The notes under the pieces were generated by a model that worked only from the letters and a program-made list of their open reading frames with translations, was not told where the DNA came from and made no database searches. Of a stretch of DNA of 64,000 nt, positions 10,160 to 19,812 are shown one piece after another. The stretch is from Candidatus Bathyarchaeota archaeon (GTDB lineage: Archaea > Thermoproteota > Bathyarchaeia > Bathyarchaeales > Bathycorpusculaceae), in assembly GCA_963775685.1 (NCBI GenBank), contig CAVZJV010000014.1, positions 2,048,001 to 2,112,000 on the forward strand, given 5' to 3'. Position 1 is the stretch's first letter; the number at the start of each line of letters is the position of its first letter. The translations under genes and the position numbers were made by a program.

Positions 10160-11149
10160 TTGACTGAACCTGAAGCCCCTAAAGTTTCAATCATAGTTGC
10201 AGCCTACAACAGCCAAGACACCATCGAAGAATGCCTCAAGTCTATTTTAGCGCAAAATTATCCCGCAGGTTTTTTTGAAGTCATCGTTATGGACGGCGGC
10301 TCCAAAGACGACACCGTCAAAATCGCAAAGAAATTTCCCTTAAAAGTCTTTTCCATACGATTAAACGCCCCAGCCGCCTACAATTACGCAATGAAAATCA
10401 GCGCTCATCAAGTCCTTGGCTTTATAGATGCGGACGCTAAAATCGAGAAGGAATGGCTAAACAAACTTACCCCTCATATTGCTGAATCCAAAGTTGCTGG
10501 AGTCAGTGGCAGTATCGAAACTTGGAACCGTGATAACCTGTGGGCAAGAAGCATCGGTTACGAGCTCAAAAACCGTTACAGCCGCATAGGCAAATACACA
10601 GGGCGCATCGCAACCATGAACCTGCTCCTGAAAAAATCGGTTATCGAAGAAGCGGGTGGATGGGACGAGAAGCTGCCAAGCCAATACGATACTGACCTTG
10701 GATTTCGAATCAGCGGCAAAGGCTACAAAATCGCTTATGAGCCAAGCGCGGTTTGTTATCATTTTAACCGACCAACGCTTAAGGTATACTATCGGCAGCA
10801 ACTTCAATACGGCAAAAACACCCTAAAACTCTACTTCAAACACGGGTATTTGGCTCGGGGCGACGAAATCACCGATGTAGGCATGAACATTCAGCCAATC
10901 TTGCTATTGGGGGTGGTGGCGTTTTTCTTTGTTGGAATAGTACCCGCGCTTAGGTTGCTTTGGGTTGTTTCAGGATTAATTTTTTTGGCGATGGCGGTTT
11001 ACTTTGTTTATTCAGCTGCGAAGTTAGCAGTTAAGTTCCATGACTCATCTGCACTGCGCCTCTTTGTGCTCTACTTTGTGAGGGCTGGAGCCTGGTTTGA
11101 TGGCGCCATAATAACTACCGCAAGATACCTTGCAGGAAAGGACCAGTAA
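10160..11149 (+). CDS. Glycosyltransferase family 2 with C-terminal transmembrane helices
   Basis: VSIIVAAYN, DGGSKD, FIDAD, GGWDE, hydrophobic C-terminus. Confidence 0.88.
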   Translation: MTEPEAPKVSIIVAAYNSQDTIEECLKSILAQNYPAGFFEVIVMDGGSKDDTVKIAKKFPLKVFSIRLNAPAAYNYAMKISAHQVLGFIDADAKIEKEWLNKLTPHIAESKVAGVSGSIETWNRDNLWARSIGYELKNRYSRIGKYTGRIATMNLLLKKSVIEEAGGWDEKLPSQYDTDLGFRISGKGYKIAYEPSAVCYHFNRPTLKVYYRQQLQYGKNTLKLYFKHGYLARGDEITDVGMNIQPILLLGVVAFFFVGIVPALRLLWVVSGLIFLAMAVYFVYSAAKLAVKFHDSSALRLFVLYFVRAGAWFDGAIITTARYLAGKDQ

Positions 11150-12345
11150 TGCCGCACAAAGTCTGCTTTATCTCGCCTGAATATTGGCCTCTTACAGGCG
11201 GCACAGGCTCCTACGTCTACTACCTATCCAACGAACTCCTAAAAAACGGCTACAAAATCTATGTCGTGACAGGATCAAACCAAGCCCAAGACGTCCAAGT
11301 CAACCCCCAACTTGACGTTTCTTTTCTTAAAATTACCAAAATGCCCATCATCAAATCCTTCATGCTTGCCGCCAACAGCAACCGCAAACTAAACAGCGTC
11401 CGCGACACAGCCAACGTAGATGTCACCCATCCCCAACTGCCATTAACTCCTAACTTTGCGGTGCCGCCTAACTTTGGAAAAGCACTTGTATGTACAGTCC
11501 ACTCCACATGGGAGGGCGAGGCGGAAGCCATCCGAGGAGAACCATACACCCGCCTAAACGCAAACGAAAAATTCCTGGTAAGTTTTAACTGTTTTTTGCG
11601 TTTCTTCGAAGAAGGCATGCTATCACGGGCAAGAAAAATCATCGCGGTTAGTCATTTCACTAAGTGGGAACTGACAAACTACTACAAGATTCCGGCGCAT
11701 AAGATACGGGTGATCCACAACGGTGTGGACATCAAAAAGTTCCGGCCTGCCCAAGATAAACGCAGGGTGAAAGCTGAACTCGGCTTTAACCCCGACGACT
11801 TAGCCATCGTCTCAGTGGGGCGGCTCTATGCACGGAAAGGCTTGTTTACGCTAATTGAATCCATGCCATCTGTAATCAAACGTTTCCCCAACGCCAAATT
11901 CATAATCTCAGGCAAAGGACAAAGCGATGAAATGCACAAACTCAACGCCCACGCAGAGAAACTCGGCGTAAAAAACAACATCATCTTCACCGGATACTAC
12001 CCAGACAAGAAACTGCCCAAACTCTACCAAGCCGCCGACGTCTTTGCCTTCTCGACTTTCTATGAACACCACCCCTTTGCTGTTCTGGAAGCGCTCGCAA
12101 CAGGTTTGCCCGTCGTAACAACGACTGTGGGAGGCATTCCCGAAACCATTGATAGCGGCAAAAATGGTTTTTTGGCGGCGCCTTTCCATCCACGACAGTT
12201 CAGCGAAAAAATCCTTTACTTACTTGAGCATCCTTCCTTTGGAGCAGAAATGGGTGCCAAAGCACGCCAAACCGTTGAGGAACAACTGGACTGGCGTATA
12301 GTTGTCAAAGATGCTATGAAAGTCTACGATGAAGCACTCAGTTAA
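11149..12345 (+). CDS. Glycosyltransferase family 4
   Basis: GGTGSY, IAVS, HNGVD, VGRL..RKG, LEALATGLPVV, GGIPE. Confidence 0.9.
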   Translation: MPHKVCFISPEYWPLTGGTGSYVYYLSNELLKNGYKIYVVTGSNQAQDVQVNPQLDVSFLKITKMPIIKSFMLAANSNRKLNSVRDTANVDVTHPQLPLTPNFAVPPNFGKALVCTVHSTWEGEAEAIRGEPYTRLNANEKFLVSFNCFLRFFEEGMLSRARKIIAVSHFTKWELTNYYKIPAHKIRVIHNGVDIKKFRPAQDKRRVKAELGFNPDDLAIVSVGRLYARKGLFTLIESMPSVIKRFPNAKFIISGKGQSDEMHKLNAHAEKLGVKNNIIFTGYYPDKKLPKLYQAADVFAFSTFYEHHPFAVLEALATGLPVVTTTVGGIPETIDSGKNGFLAAPFHPRQFSEKILYLLEHPSFGAEMGAKARQTVEEQLDWRIVVKDAMKVYDEALS

Positions 12346-13304
12346 GCGACTTCAACGGGTTTGCCTCTGTATGCCATAGTTACTTTCTGGAACAACCTAA
12401 CCACATCCAGCGAGCAGAAAAGAACTTTCGTCAAATACTCATGCTGGTAAACCATCATTTGCGCTTTTACGGGCAAATCGATTGTCGGCGGCTCAAATCT
12501 GTGCGCAACCTCATTTACTTGTAAGCCTTCAACTTGGATGCCTTCTTCATTGAACCCTGTTTTGTTGGCGATATATTTGAGGTAGGTTTGCTTCCAGTCC
12601 AGCATCATAACTTTGGCAGCAATTATGTCGAGGGCTAATGCATCGTTGCCTGTGAGCATTAAGCCCATTTTGACTGGTTTGCCTTTTGTGGGTCCGTTGC
12701 CCTCAATGCCTGTTCGTGCATCCATAATTGTTAACTGTGGTTTGAAGAGGCTGTAGAGTCGATAGAACACTTCAGGCAGATAGGGATGCAGATAGATGCG
12801 TTTGTTGCTGGGTACGCAGCCAAAAAGGTTCTTGATAGCGCCGCTGTAAGCCATAAACTCATGCGTCTTCATCAAGGGCAAGTCGACGACGGCGTCTGCG
12901 TCAAGTATGGTTTTGGGCAAAAACAGCCGCTTAAGTGGGCAACCCTCTGGAAATTTAACTTCAACGACTTTGTCTTCTGATAGGTTGATAACTGTTCCGC
13001 CTGCCGCTTTGACAGCTGCTTGGGTGCCTGTTTTATCAAATGCGGTCCAGCAGGGGTAGTTGAAGCCGTTGGATTCGCCTACGATGACTTCGCTGTTTCC
13101 GTCCCGAAGCAAGCCGACGAGTTGCCGCATCAACTCTGGGCTCGTCACAACGCCGGGCAAGTACTCAGGGTGGCTGAGGTTGGGTTTAATAAAAATCCGT
13201 TTTTTATCACGTAATTCTGAATTCGCAACGGCTTCTTTAACAATATCGCTTATATCCCCTTTGGCGCGGAAAATCTTGACGGTTTTCTTTGTAGCGTTAG
13301 GCAT
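12342..13304 (-). CDS. DUF362 family protein
   Basis: IKPNL, vGES, LPLMKTH, GAIKNLFGC, EGNGP..G motifs. Confidence 0.8.
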   Translation of the reverse strand: MPNATKKTVKIFRAKGDISDIVKEAVANSELRDKKRIFIKPNLSHPEYLPGVVTSPELMRQLVGLLRDGNSEVIVGESNGFNYPCWTAFDKTGTQAAVKAAGGTVINLSEDKVVEVKFPEGCPLKRLFLPKTILDADAVVDLPLMKTHEFMAYSGAIKNLFGCVPSNKRIYLHPYLPEVFYRLYSLFKPQLTIMDARTGIEGNGPTKGKPVKMGLMLTGNDALALDIIAAKVMMLDWKQTYLKYIANKTGFNEEGIQVEGLQVNEVAHRFEPPTIDLPVKAQMMVYQHEYLTKVLFCSLDVVRLFQKVTMAYRGKPVEVA

Positions 13305-14721
13305 TTTTTGCCTTCACTCCTTGAAGACAGCCTGGGTCCCCGTTTAACATGTCGCCGTTGTGGTATGCTGCTGAACGTGCCCTACATCCCCCGCAGATGA
13401 ACTTGTAATCGCATTTTCCGCATGAACCTTTGAGGTTTGCTCTGTTTCGGAAGGCTTTGAAGAGGGGTGCGTTTAGCCAGATGTCTTGGAACTTTTGGGT
13501 TTTTAGGTTGCCAACTTTTACGGGCAGGAAAACGCATGGATGAACGTCGCCCTGAGGAGACAGTGAACAGTAGAGTCTGCCTGCACCGCATCCGCCGATA
13601 AAGTCGCCCAACGGCACCGCTTTTTTTGTTACTTTGACGGTTTGCATATGCGCCATAGACAGGGTTACTTCGCCTGTGCCCAAAACACCCTGGCACTGGA
13701 GAGCTACACGAGCTAGCTGTGGTGCCGTTGCAAGGATGGTGGTTTTGCATCGAGCTGACATGCGGTTCAAAAGATAACACATCACTTCTTCCCTTTCTTT
13801 TGGGGATAGGTCTTGGTCAAAGTGGGCTTTGCCGCGTCCAGTCGGTATAAAATTGAAGTAAGTAAACCTTTCAGCATGGATTTTTTCCGCTAAATCTATG
13901 ATTGCGGGTAGCTCAGCCATGTTGTTTTTACCTACTGTTGTAGCGATGCAAACGCATAGGTCTGCTTCGACACAGTTTTTTAGACCCGCTACCGCCTTAT
14001 CGAAAGTGCCGGGGACACCTCGGAAGTCGTCATGGGTTTTGGCAGATGCACCATCGATGCTCACGTCAATGTAGTTAACTTTGGCTTCTTTGAGCTTCTG
14101 CACGTTCTCTTTTGTTAGCAACGTGCCGTTTGAAGCAACTGACACGTAGAGTCCGCGGTCAGAGGCGTAGCGTGCAACTTGGAAGAAGTCTTTTCGAGTT
14201 AAGGGTTCCCCGCCGCTAAACGCCAATGCAGTTACGCCAGCATTTGCAATCTGGTCTACGGCTGCGAGGGCTTGTTCTGTTGTTAATTCTTCCTCGTTGA
14301 CTTCGCCGCTGTTGCTGTAGCAGTGTTTACAGGATAGGTTGCATTTGTGGGTGAAATCCCAAACCACCAGAAACGGCGCTGAGAGCGACATGGGTTTTTT
14401 AATGCCGAAATACGCAAACGAACGCGCCAAATTCAACACGGCGGTTCGGGCGTAACGGTCAGATAAGAGCTTCTCGACCTTAGCCCGTTTAAACCCCAGT
14501 CCTCTACGCAGAAACTCTATCCAAAAACCAATAACCTGAGAGTACAAACCACTGCACTTGCCGCATCGAAGGTCCGTTTTGCCTGCGTAATCATCCAGCG
14601 CTGCCTCAAGCACCGTTCTGCCGCATTCACCGCATTTTTTAAGCGACATCTGGAGCATCTTCTTTGTCATGGGCAGCGAGATTACTGCGTTCCAGAAGCT
14701 GTCGTGGCTAAGGATGCTCAT
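13297..14721 (-). CDS. Radical SAM/SPASM-domain protein with N-terminal CxxC...CxxC extension
   Basis: WDFTHKCNLSCKHCY, SGGEP, SPASM CGAG..YC...G.VHPC...CGKC...CGGCRAR...DPGC. Confidence 0.9.
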   Translation of the reverse strand: MSILSHDSFWNAVISLPMTKKMLQMSLKKCGECGRTVLEAALDDYAGKTDLRCGKCSGLYSQVIGFWIEFLRRGLGFKRAKVEKLLSDRYARTAVLNLARSFAYFGIKKPMSLSAPFLVVWDFTHKCNLSCKHCYSNSGEVNEEELTTEQALAAVDQIANAGVTALAFSGGEPLTRKDFFQVARYASDRGLYVSVASNGTLLTKENVQKLKEAKVNYIDVSIDGASAKTHDDFRGVPGTFDKAVAGLKNCVEADLCVCIATTVGKNNMAELPAIIDLAEKIHAERFTYFNFIPTGRGKAHFDQDLSPKEREEVMCYLLNRMSARCKTTILATAPQLARVALQCQGVLGTGEVTLSMAHMQTVKVTKKAVPLGDFIGGCGAGRLYCSLSPQGDVHPCVFLPVKVGNLKTQKFQDIWLNAPLFKAFRNRANLKGSCGKCDYKFICGGCRARSAAYHNGDMLNGDPGCLQGVKAKNA

Positions 14722-14894
14722 GTAGATTACTCCAAGCGGCTTTGGTAGTTAATTGGGTGCGTGAGTATGTTAAATATTTCTCTAATCACAATCCAGACCT
14801 GAACCGCCGCAAAAACGCAGAATACTGAAAGAATTAGCTAAATTTGCAAAACCATATATCATTGGTTATCTTACAGCGCCTTTAAGGGACGAAA

Positions 14895-16208
14895 TTGAAA
14901 AAACGCACCCTGCTGATTGTAGCTACAGGTTTAATTGCAATTATAGCAGTGTCCTCTTTGATAATCTATGAAAACAGTCTCCTAAACCCTGAAGGCTCTG
15001 CGGTTGCTTGGCAAAGAAACATCCAAAACTTCGCCACTGCATTAGCGGTTGATGATGGAAAAGTCTTTATTATGGATATTTCTGGGAATGTTAACTGCTA
15101 TGACAATCAAACTGGCAAATCAATCTGGAACGGTAGCAGTGTGGGTGGTTATTTCGCTGCAGGACTAACAGTGGCGGAAGGAAGGGTCTACGGCGGCTAC
15201 AGGCATGCTTCTGTTGGATGCTTAGATGAGGCAACGGGTCAGTTTCAATGGAGCTACTCAACTAACATCGAGAATTTAGCCCCCGACAACATAATTGCAA
15301 AGAACGGAGAAGTATTTGTGATTTCCCAAAGCCCAAGCGCAGGTGTCAGCGCCCTCAATGCATCCACCGGACAACTTTTGTGGCAAACACCCTACATATT
15401 TGACACTTTTGGCAACATAACGGATTCTAAAACTTGGTGGGTAAATGGTTATCCGTTGGGCGGCGACCCCTTTGACGGAAGCATCGTTTACGGGTTAGGC
15501 GGCAATGAATCTGCGGCAAATATTTTCAAGCTGGATACGGATATTGGCAACGTACTTTGGCAAAGTAACCTAACAGTATTCGCTGGAATTCCAAGTGTTT
15601 TGGCTAATTATCAAGGGCAGGTCATTGTTGAAAGCGGTAACCAAATCCTAAGCCTCAACGACACGTCAGGCGACAGCCTATGGAACATCGACGTTGGCGC
15701 CGCTATCTATTCTCCAGTTGCCTATCAAGGTGTGTTGCTTTTCGGAGCCTCGGACAGCAACTTTTATGGACTCGACTTGCAGAGTGGCATCATATCTGCC
15801 ACAGCCCAAGTTGACAATCAAAACCTCTTCTCACTCGTCAACAGCGACAATGCCCTCACAGTTTTTCCCGTACAAGTTGATCCTCAAAACCAACGGATTT
15901 ACTGGAGCTTTGGTGTCACTGAACAAAACCAATTCAAAGCCACCATAGTCGGCCTCGATTTACCCACATTAAAAGTTGAATGGACAAAACAATTCCAAGA
16001 CAACAACCTCTCTTTGGATAGCCCTGCTGGTTTAGTTTTCAATAAAAACTCTGTTTTCCTAACTGAGAACAATGCTCTTTGGATTTTTGGCTCCTCAAAT
16101 GGTAACCTTGCTAGAAACCAACATTTCGACCACTATATTCTTGCGCCTACCTTGGCGGGTGATACTGTATTTGTGGCAGCGGACCTTCAACTAACTGCAT
16201 ACAAATAA
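14895..16208 (+). CDS. PQQ-like beta-propeller protein with N-terminal membrane anchor
   Basis: N-terminal hydrophobic helix; repeated (A/C)LD..TG...W blades. Confidence 0.8.
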   Translation: MKKRTLLIVATGLIAIIAVSSLIIYENSLLNPEGSAVAWQRNIQNFATALAVDDGKVFIMDISGNVNCYDNQTGKSIWNGSSVGGYFAAGLTVAEGRVYGGYRHASVGCLDEATGQFQWSYSTNIENLAPDNIIAKNGEVFVISQSPSAGVSALNASTGQLLWQTPYIFDTFGNITDSKTWWVNGYPLGGDPFDGSIVYGLGGNESAANIFKLDTDIGNVLWQSNLTVFAGIPSVLANYQGQVIVESGNQILSLNDTSGDSLWNIDVGAAIYSPVAYQGVLLFGASDSNFYGLDLQSGIISATAQVDNQNLFSLVNSDNALTVFPVQVDPQNQRIYWSFGVTEQNQFKATIVGLDLPTLKVEWTKQFQDNNLSLDSPAGLVFNKNSVFLTENNALWIFGSSNGNLARNQHFDHYILAPTLAGDTVFVAADLQLTAYK

Positions 16209-16445
16209 AGTAAATCCGCTACATCTGAATTTTCTTCATTTATAAACGGGGAAGTCGCCGAAAGCAAGTATTCCTTAGGAATTGAAAGTACATGTTAGCC
16301 GCTTGTAACAACTGCACACAAATATCTGCAGTCTAAACCTGTACCTAAAGCGGAAAAGCAACATTTAGCGCAGTCTGCTGGTAGTTGTTGTGTATAGCAG
16401 ATTTTCCCCAACAACAACTAATGAAAAAAGCACAGGAAAGCGCTA

Positions 16446-17066
16446 CTATACCTTTCTTTTAGCCAATATATTTTGGGCGATTTCTAAGTCTTTAGTTGTG
16501 TTGATGTTTAGAAGAACCTCGGTTTCTTCAGTGATTATGGCGGATGTTTCAATTTTGCCTTCGCCAAGGATTTTTGTGCCATCAATGATGTTGACTCCTG
16601 AAACCGCATACCAAACGCCCTTGTACTCGTCTGTTGAGGAAATCGACAAACCCAAATCCAACCGCGATTTTATGGGAACAAAAACAGCCAAAAAATCTTT
16701 TCCGCAAACCTCAAAGGCATCTACGATTTTGTCGAGGACTTGCCCTGTTATGGCTGGAACATCTGAAGGCATGGTGAGGATTGAGCCAGTCAAATTTGCC
16801 ATCGAAACAGCTTGTTTTAAATCATTATGGTAGCCTTTTGCGTCTGCGTGCAGGATTTTCCAGCCCATGCTTTGGCAGTGCTTTTCGGTTTGCGGCGTAT
16901 TAGAACTTGTAATGACATAAAACTCGGAAACCTTCTTTGCATCCAAGATTGCTTGTGCAACCCAATCGATCAGCGGCTTACCCAGAAACGGCAACAGAGG
17001 CTTCTCAGTAGGCAACCCCATCCTTGAGCCTTTGCCGCCAGCCATAATCAAAGCGGGAACTTTCAT
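16446..17066 (-). CDS. cobY: GTP:adenosylcobinamide-phosphate guanylyltransferase CobY-like (copy 1)
   Basis: ALIMAGGKGSRM..EKPL, GY..DL, NINT..DL; ATGA overlap with cobS. Confidence 0.8.
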   Translation of the reverse strand: MKVPALIMAGGKGSRMGLPTEKPLLPFLGKPLIDWVAQAILDAKKVSEFYVITSSNTPQTEKHCQSMGWKILHADAKGYHNDLKQAVSMANLTGSILTMPSDVPAITGQVLDKIVDAFEVCGKDFLAVFVPIKSRLDLGLSISSTDEYKGVWYAVSGVNIIDGTKILGEGKIETSAIITEETEVLLNINTTKDLEIAQNILAKRKV

Positions 17067-17920
17067 ATCAGCAATAGCACCACCACAAACAAAACCAGCA
17101 CCGCTGCCCTGGCGGCCTCATTGGTTGCTCCAATCATATCACCTGAAACCCCGCCGAAGATACTGTTGGAAACCTTGTTCATAACATATGCCACTGGAAT
17201 GCTGGCAAACACTAAGACAATTGCGGCTAAACCGGTGATTGGGTAACCTGAGAAGTAGAAAACTGGGTAAATAATAAAGGGGGACATTAAGTAGGCTGCA
17301 TAGTTGAGTTTCTTTTTGGCTTTGGCAAGAAAAATCGAGCCTAGCCCTTTATGGCTGGGTTTGCCGACCCAAACAATCGTCACCATGGAAAGCTTTGCTG
17401 AAACTTCCGCCAAAAAAATGACTGAAAAAACAAGCAACAAATTTGTCGTTATGTTCATTGTTAACCAGTTGGTTAAGAATAAACCTGTGACTGCTAAAAA
17501 CTCGACGGCAAGTGCCAAAACTGCGCCTGCACCCGTGACTGTCCACTCGTGAGCCTTCATTTTGCGGTCGTGGAGACTGCGTAAGCCAAGTGCGTTGCCC
17601 AAATCGATTAATCCGTCGAAATGCTGCAGTCCAGTGAGTACAAGCAGAAAAGCAATAGTCATTGCCGCTGGGATAAGTGTGCCTAACAGTGCAGTGGGCA
17701 AAGCCAAGTAGTTATTGATTATGTTGAGCAAGAACCCTACTATTTCGCTTGAAAGAACAAAGTAGCATGCACCAAGTAATCCTATAAAGCCGCCAATTAA
17801 AGGGAAAAGCCACATGTTTTCCGCCGTTGTGAAAATGAAATCTTCTTTTCCTCCCACTGGAATTATGGTGAGGAAAGACAGCAAATCCCTAAAAGTTTTT
17901 ATAGTTTTCACAGGCGACAT
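17063..17920 (-). CDS. cobS: Cobamide synthase CobS-like (copy 1)
   Basis: LLSFLTIIP, FPLIG, TGLQHFDGLIDLG, FGGVSGDMIGATNE. Confidence 0.85.
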   Translation of the reverse strand: MSPVKTIKTFRDLLSFLTIIPVGGKEDFIFTTAENMWLFPLIGGFIGLLGACYFVLSSEIVGFLLNIINNYLALPTALLGTLIPAAMTIAFLLVLTGLQHFDGLIDLGNALGLRSLHDRKMKAHEWTVTGAGAVLALAVEFLAVTGLFLTNWLTMNITTNLLLVFSVIFLAEVSAKLSMVTIVWVGKPSHKGLGSIFLAKAKKKLNYAAYLMSPFIIYPVFYFSGYPITGLAAIVLVFASIPVAYVMNKVSNSIFGGVSGDMIGATNEAARAAVLVLFVVVLLLI

Positions 17921-17959
17921 ATACCTACAACCTTACCAATAGAGAATATAGGGTTTGTC

Positions 17960-18904
17960 GTGACTTGGATGGATGACTTGAAAGGAAAGAAAGTGTTAGT
18001 TACTGGTGGAGCAGGGTTCATAGGCTATCACCTATGCAGCAAGCTGTCGCAGTTAACTGGTGACCTGACTATTTACGATAACTTGTCAAGCGGCACCATG
18101 AAAAACGTTCAGGATGTTCCAAAAGCTAACTTCGTTAAAGGCGACATCTTAGACCTTAACACGTTGTGTATCCAAGAGAAGGCTGATTTGATTTACCATT
18201 TGGCAGCGCAAGTTGTTGTTGGGTACTCTATGGAGAATCCGCTTGTTGATTTTGAAACAAACGCTAAGGGGACTCTCCATGTTCTAGAAAAAGCACGTAA
18301 AGACGATGCCAAAGTAGTGTTTGCTTCCAGCGCGGCAGTATATGGTAACCCAACAGTCTTTCCTACTCCTGAAGCATATGGTTTTCATCCATTCTCATGC
18401 TACGGCTTATCCAAAGTAGTCGGTGAAGAATACTGCCAAATGTACCATGAACAATACGGTTTAGACATCGTCATTACAAGGTTCGCTAACGTTTACGGAT
18501 TGAGATGTCATGGTGTCATCCATGATTTCCTAGACAAGATGACTAAAGACCAAAACAAGCTAGTAATTATCGGTACAGGTCAGCAATGCCGCGACTTCGT
18601 GCATGTTTCCGATGTCGTGGAAGCTTTGGTTACGGTAGGTTCCAAAGACTCGGCTAACGGCGAAGTCTACAACTTAGGCCTTGGCAAAACCGTATCCATA
18701 CTTGAATTAGCCAAAATGATGCTAACTATCCTTAACCTCCAAAACAAAACCGTCATTGAAACCACGGGTATTTCTTGGCAGGGTGACGTAACCAAAATTT
18801 GGTTTGACATCTCCAAGGCCAAAAAAGAACTTAAATGGACTCCAAAAGTGACCTTGGAAGACAGCATAAAGGAAGTCATTACTGACAGGAAAATCAGCAT
18901 ATGA
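17960..18904 (+). CDS. NAD-dependent NDP-sugar epimerase/dehydratase (GalE-like)
   Basis: VTGGAGFIG, HLAAQ, SSAAVYG, YGLSK, RFANVYG, RDFVHV. Confidence 0.9.
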   Translation: MTWMDDLKGKKVLVTGGAGFIGYHLCSKLSQLTGDLTIYDNLSSGTMKNVQDVPKANFVKGDILDLNTLCIQEKADLIYHLAAQVVVGYSMENPLVDFETNAKGTLHVLEKARKDDAKVVFASSAAVYGNPTVFPTPEAYGFHPFSCYGLSKVVGEEYCQMYHEQYGLDIVITRFANVYGLRCHGVIHDFLDKMTKDQNKLVIIGTGQQCRDFVHVSDVVEALVTVGSKDSANGEVYNLGLGKTVSILELAKMMLTILNLQNKTVIETTGISWQGDVTKIWFDISKAKKELKWTPKVTLEDSIKEVITDRKISI

Positions 18905-19812
18905 GCCATCCAGCACCAGCCAGAGGCCTAATCGCGCTACTGAGGCTTCCCTATTGGCTTATGACTGGCGGCTTGGCATTGCTTACGGCGTTCGCCATCT
19001 TGAAAGGTAACCTTTCAAGTGTTCAAACAACATTGGGCGCTTTGAGTTTTTGGGAAGTTGCAGGTCTAACCTTTTTTTCGATGGCATTCATAGCGTCCGC
19101 GGGGTTTGCCATAAACGACTACTTTGATCGTGAAAGCGATGCTGTCATCAAACCCAAACGCCCCCTTCCATCGGGCGCGCTTTCACTCACACAAGTTGTT
19201 GCAGTTTCAGTTGCTCTCTTTGCTTTAGGTTTAGTTATGGCTTTTTTTGTTAACTTGCTCAGTTTTGCCATAATTGCTGTTGACTCGGTTCTACTCTTGC
19301 TTTACTCCTACTTGGTGAAGCGGAAGTCAGGGTTCGCCGCTAACCTGTTAATGGGTGTTTTGACGGGTACAGCCTTCATCTACGGACAAGCTACCGTTTC
19401 AGGCACAATCACCTTGGTTTCGTTAAGCCTATATCCAATAGCTTTTGGAACCATAGGTGGCAATGTCCTTCGAGACATTCTAAGCTTAGACGGCGACTCC
19501 AAAGTCGGTTATCCCACATTACCGCAGAAAATTGGCAGCATCAGCGCAGCCAAAGTTGGTGCCATATTCTTTCTATTAACTGGTCTTTTGGCTCCTCTTC
19601 CAGCTATTCCTTTTTTCACAGGGCATTTTACGGTGTATTATTTACCGCTAATTCTGCTGTGGAGCATACTGTTAATTTACTCCTCTATCCGTCTATTCGT
19701 GTCCACTTCAACCATAGCGGATATACGCAAGTATGAGCGTTTGGTAACGATGTCAATGATGTTGCTTCCGCTTGCACTCATCGTTGAGGCTGTCTTTGGA
19801 TGGTTAATATGA
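18901..19812 (+). CDS. UbiA-family prenyltransferase, DGGGP-synthase-like
   Basis: INDYFD...D..KP.RPLPSG motif, multiple TM helices, D....DGD..G..TLP; ATGA overlaps at both ends. Confidence 0.8.
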   Translation: MSHPAPARGLIALLRLPYWLMTGGLALLTAFAILKGNLSSVQTTLGALSFWEVAGLTFFSMAFIASAGFAINDYFDRESDAVIKPKRPLPSGALSLTQVVAVSVALFALGLVMAFFVNLLSFAIIAVDSVLLLLYSYLVKRKSGFAANLLMGVLTGTAFIYGQATVSGTITLVSLSLYPIAFGTIGGNVLRDILSLDGDSKVGYPTLPQKIGSISAAKVGAIFFLLTGLLAPLPAIPFFTGHFTVYYLPLILLWSILLIYSSIRLFVSTSTIADIRKYERLVTMSMMLLPLALIVEAVFGWLI

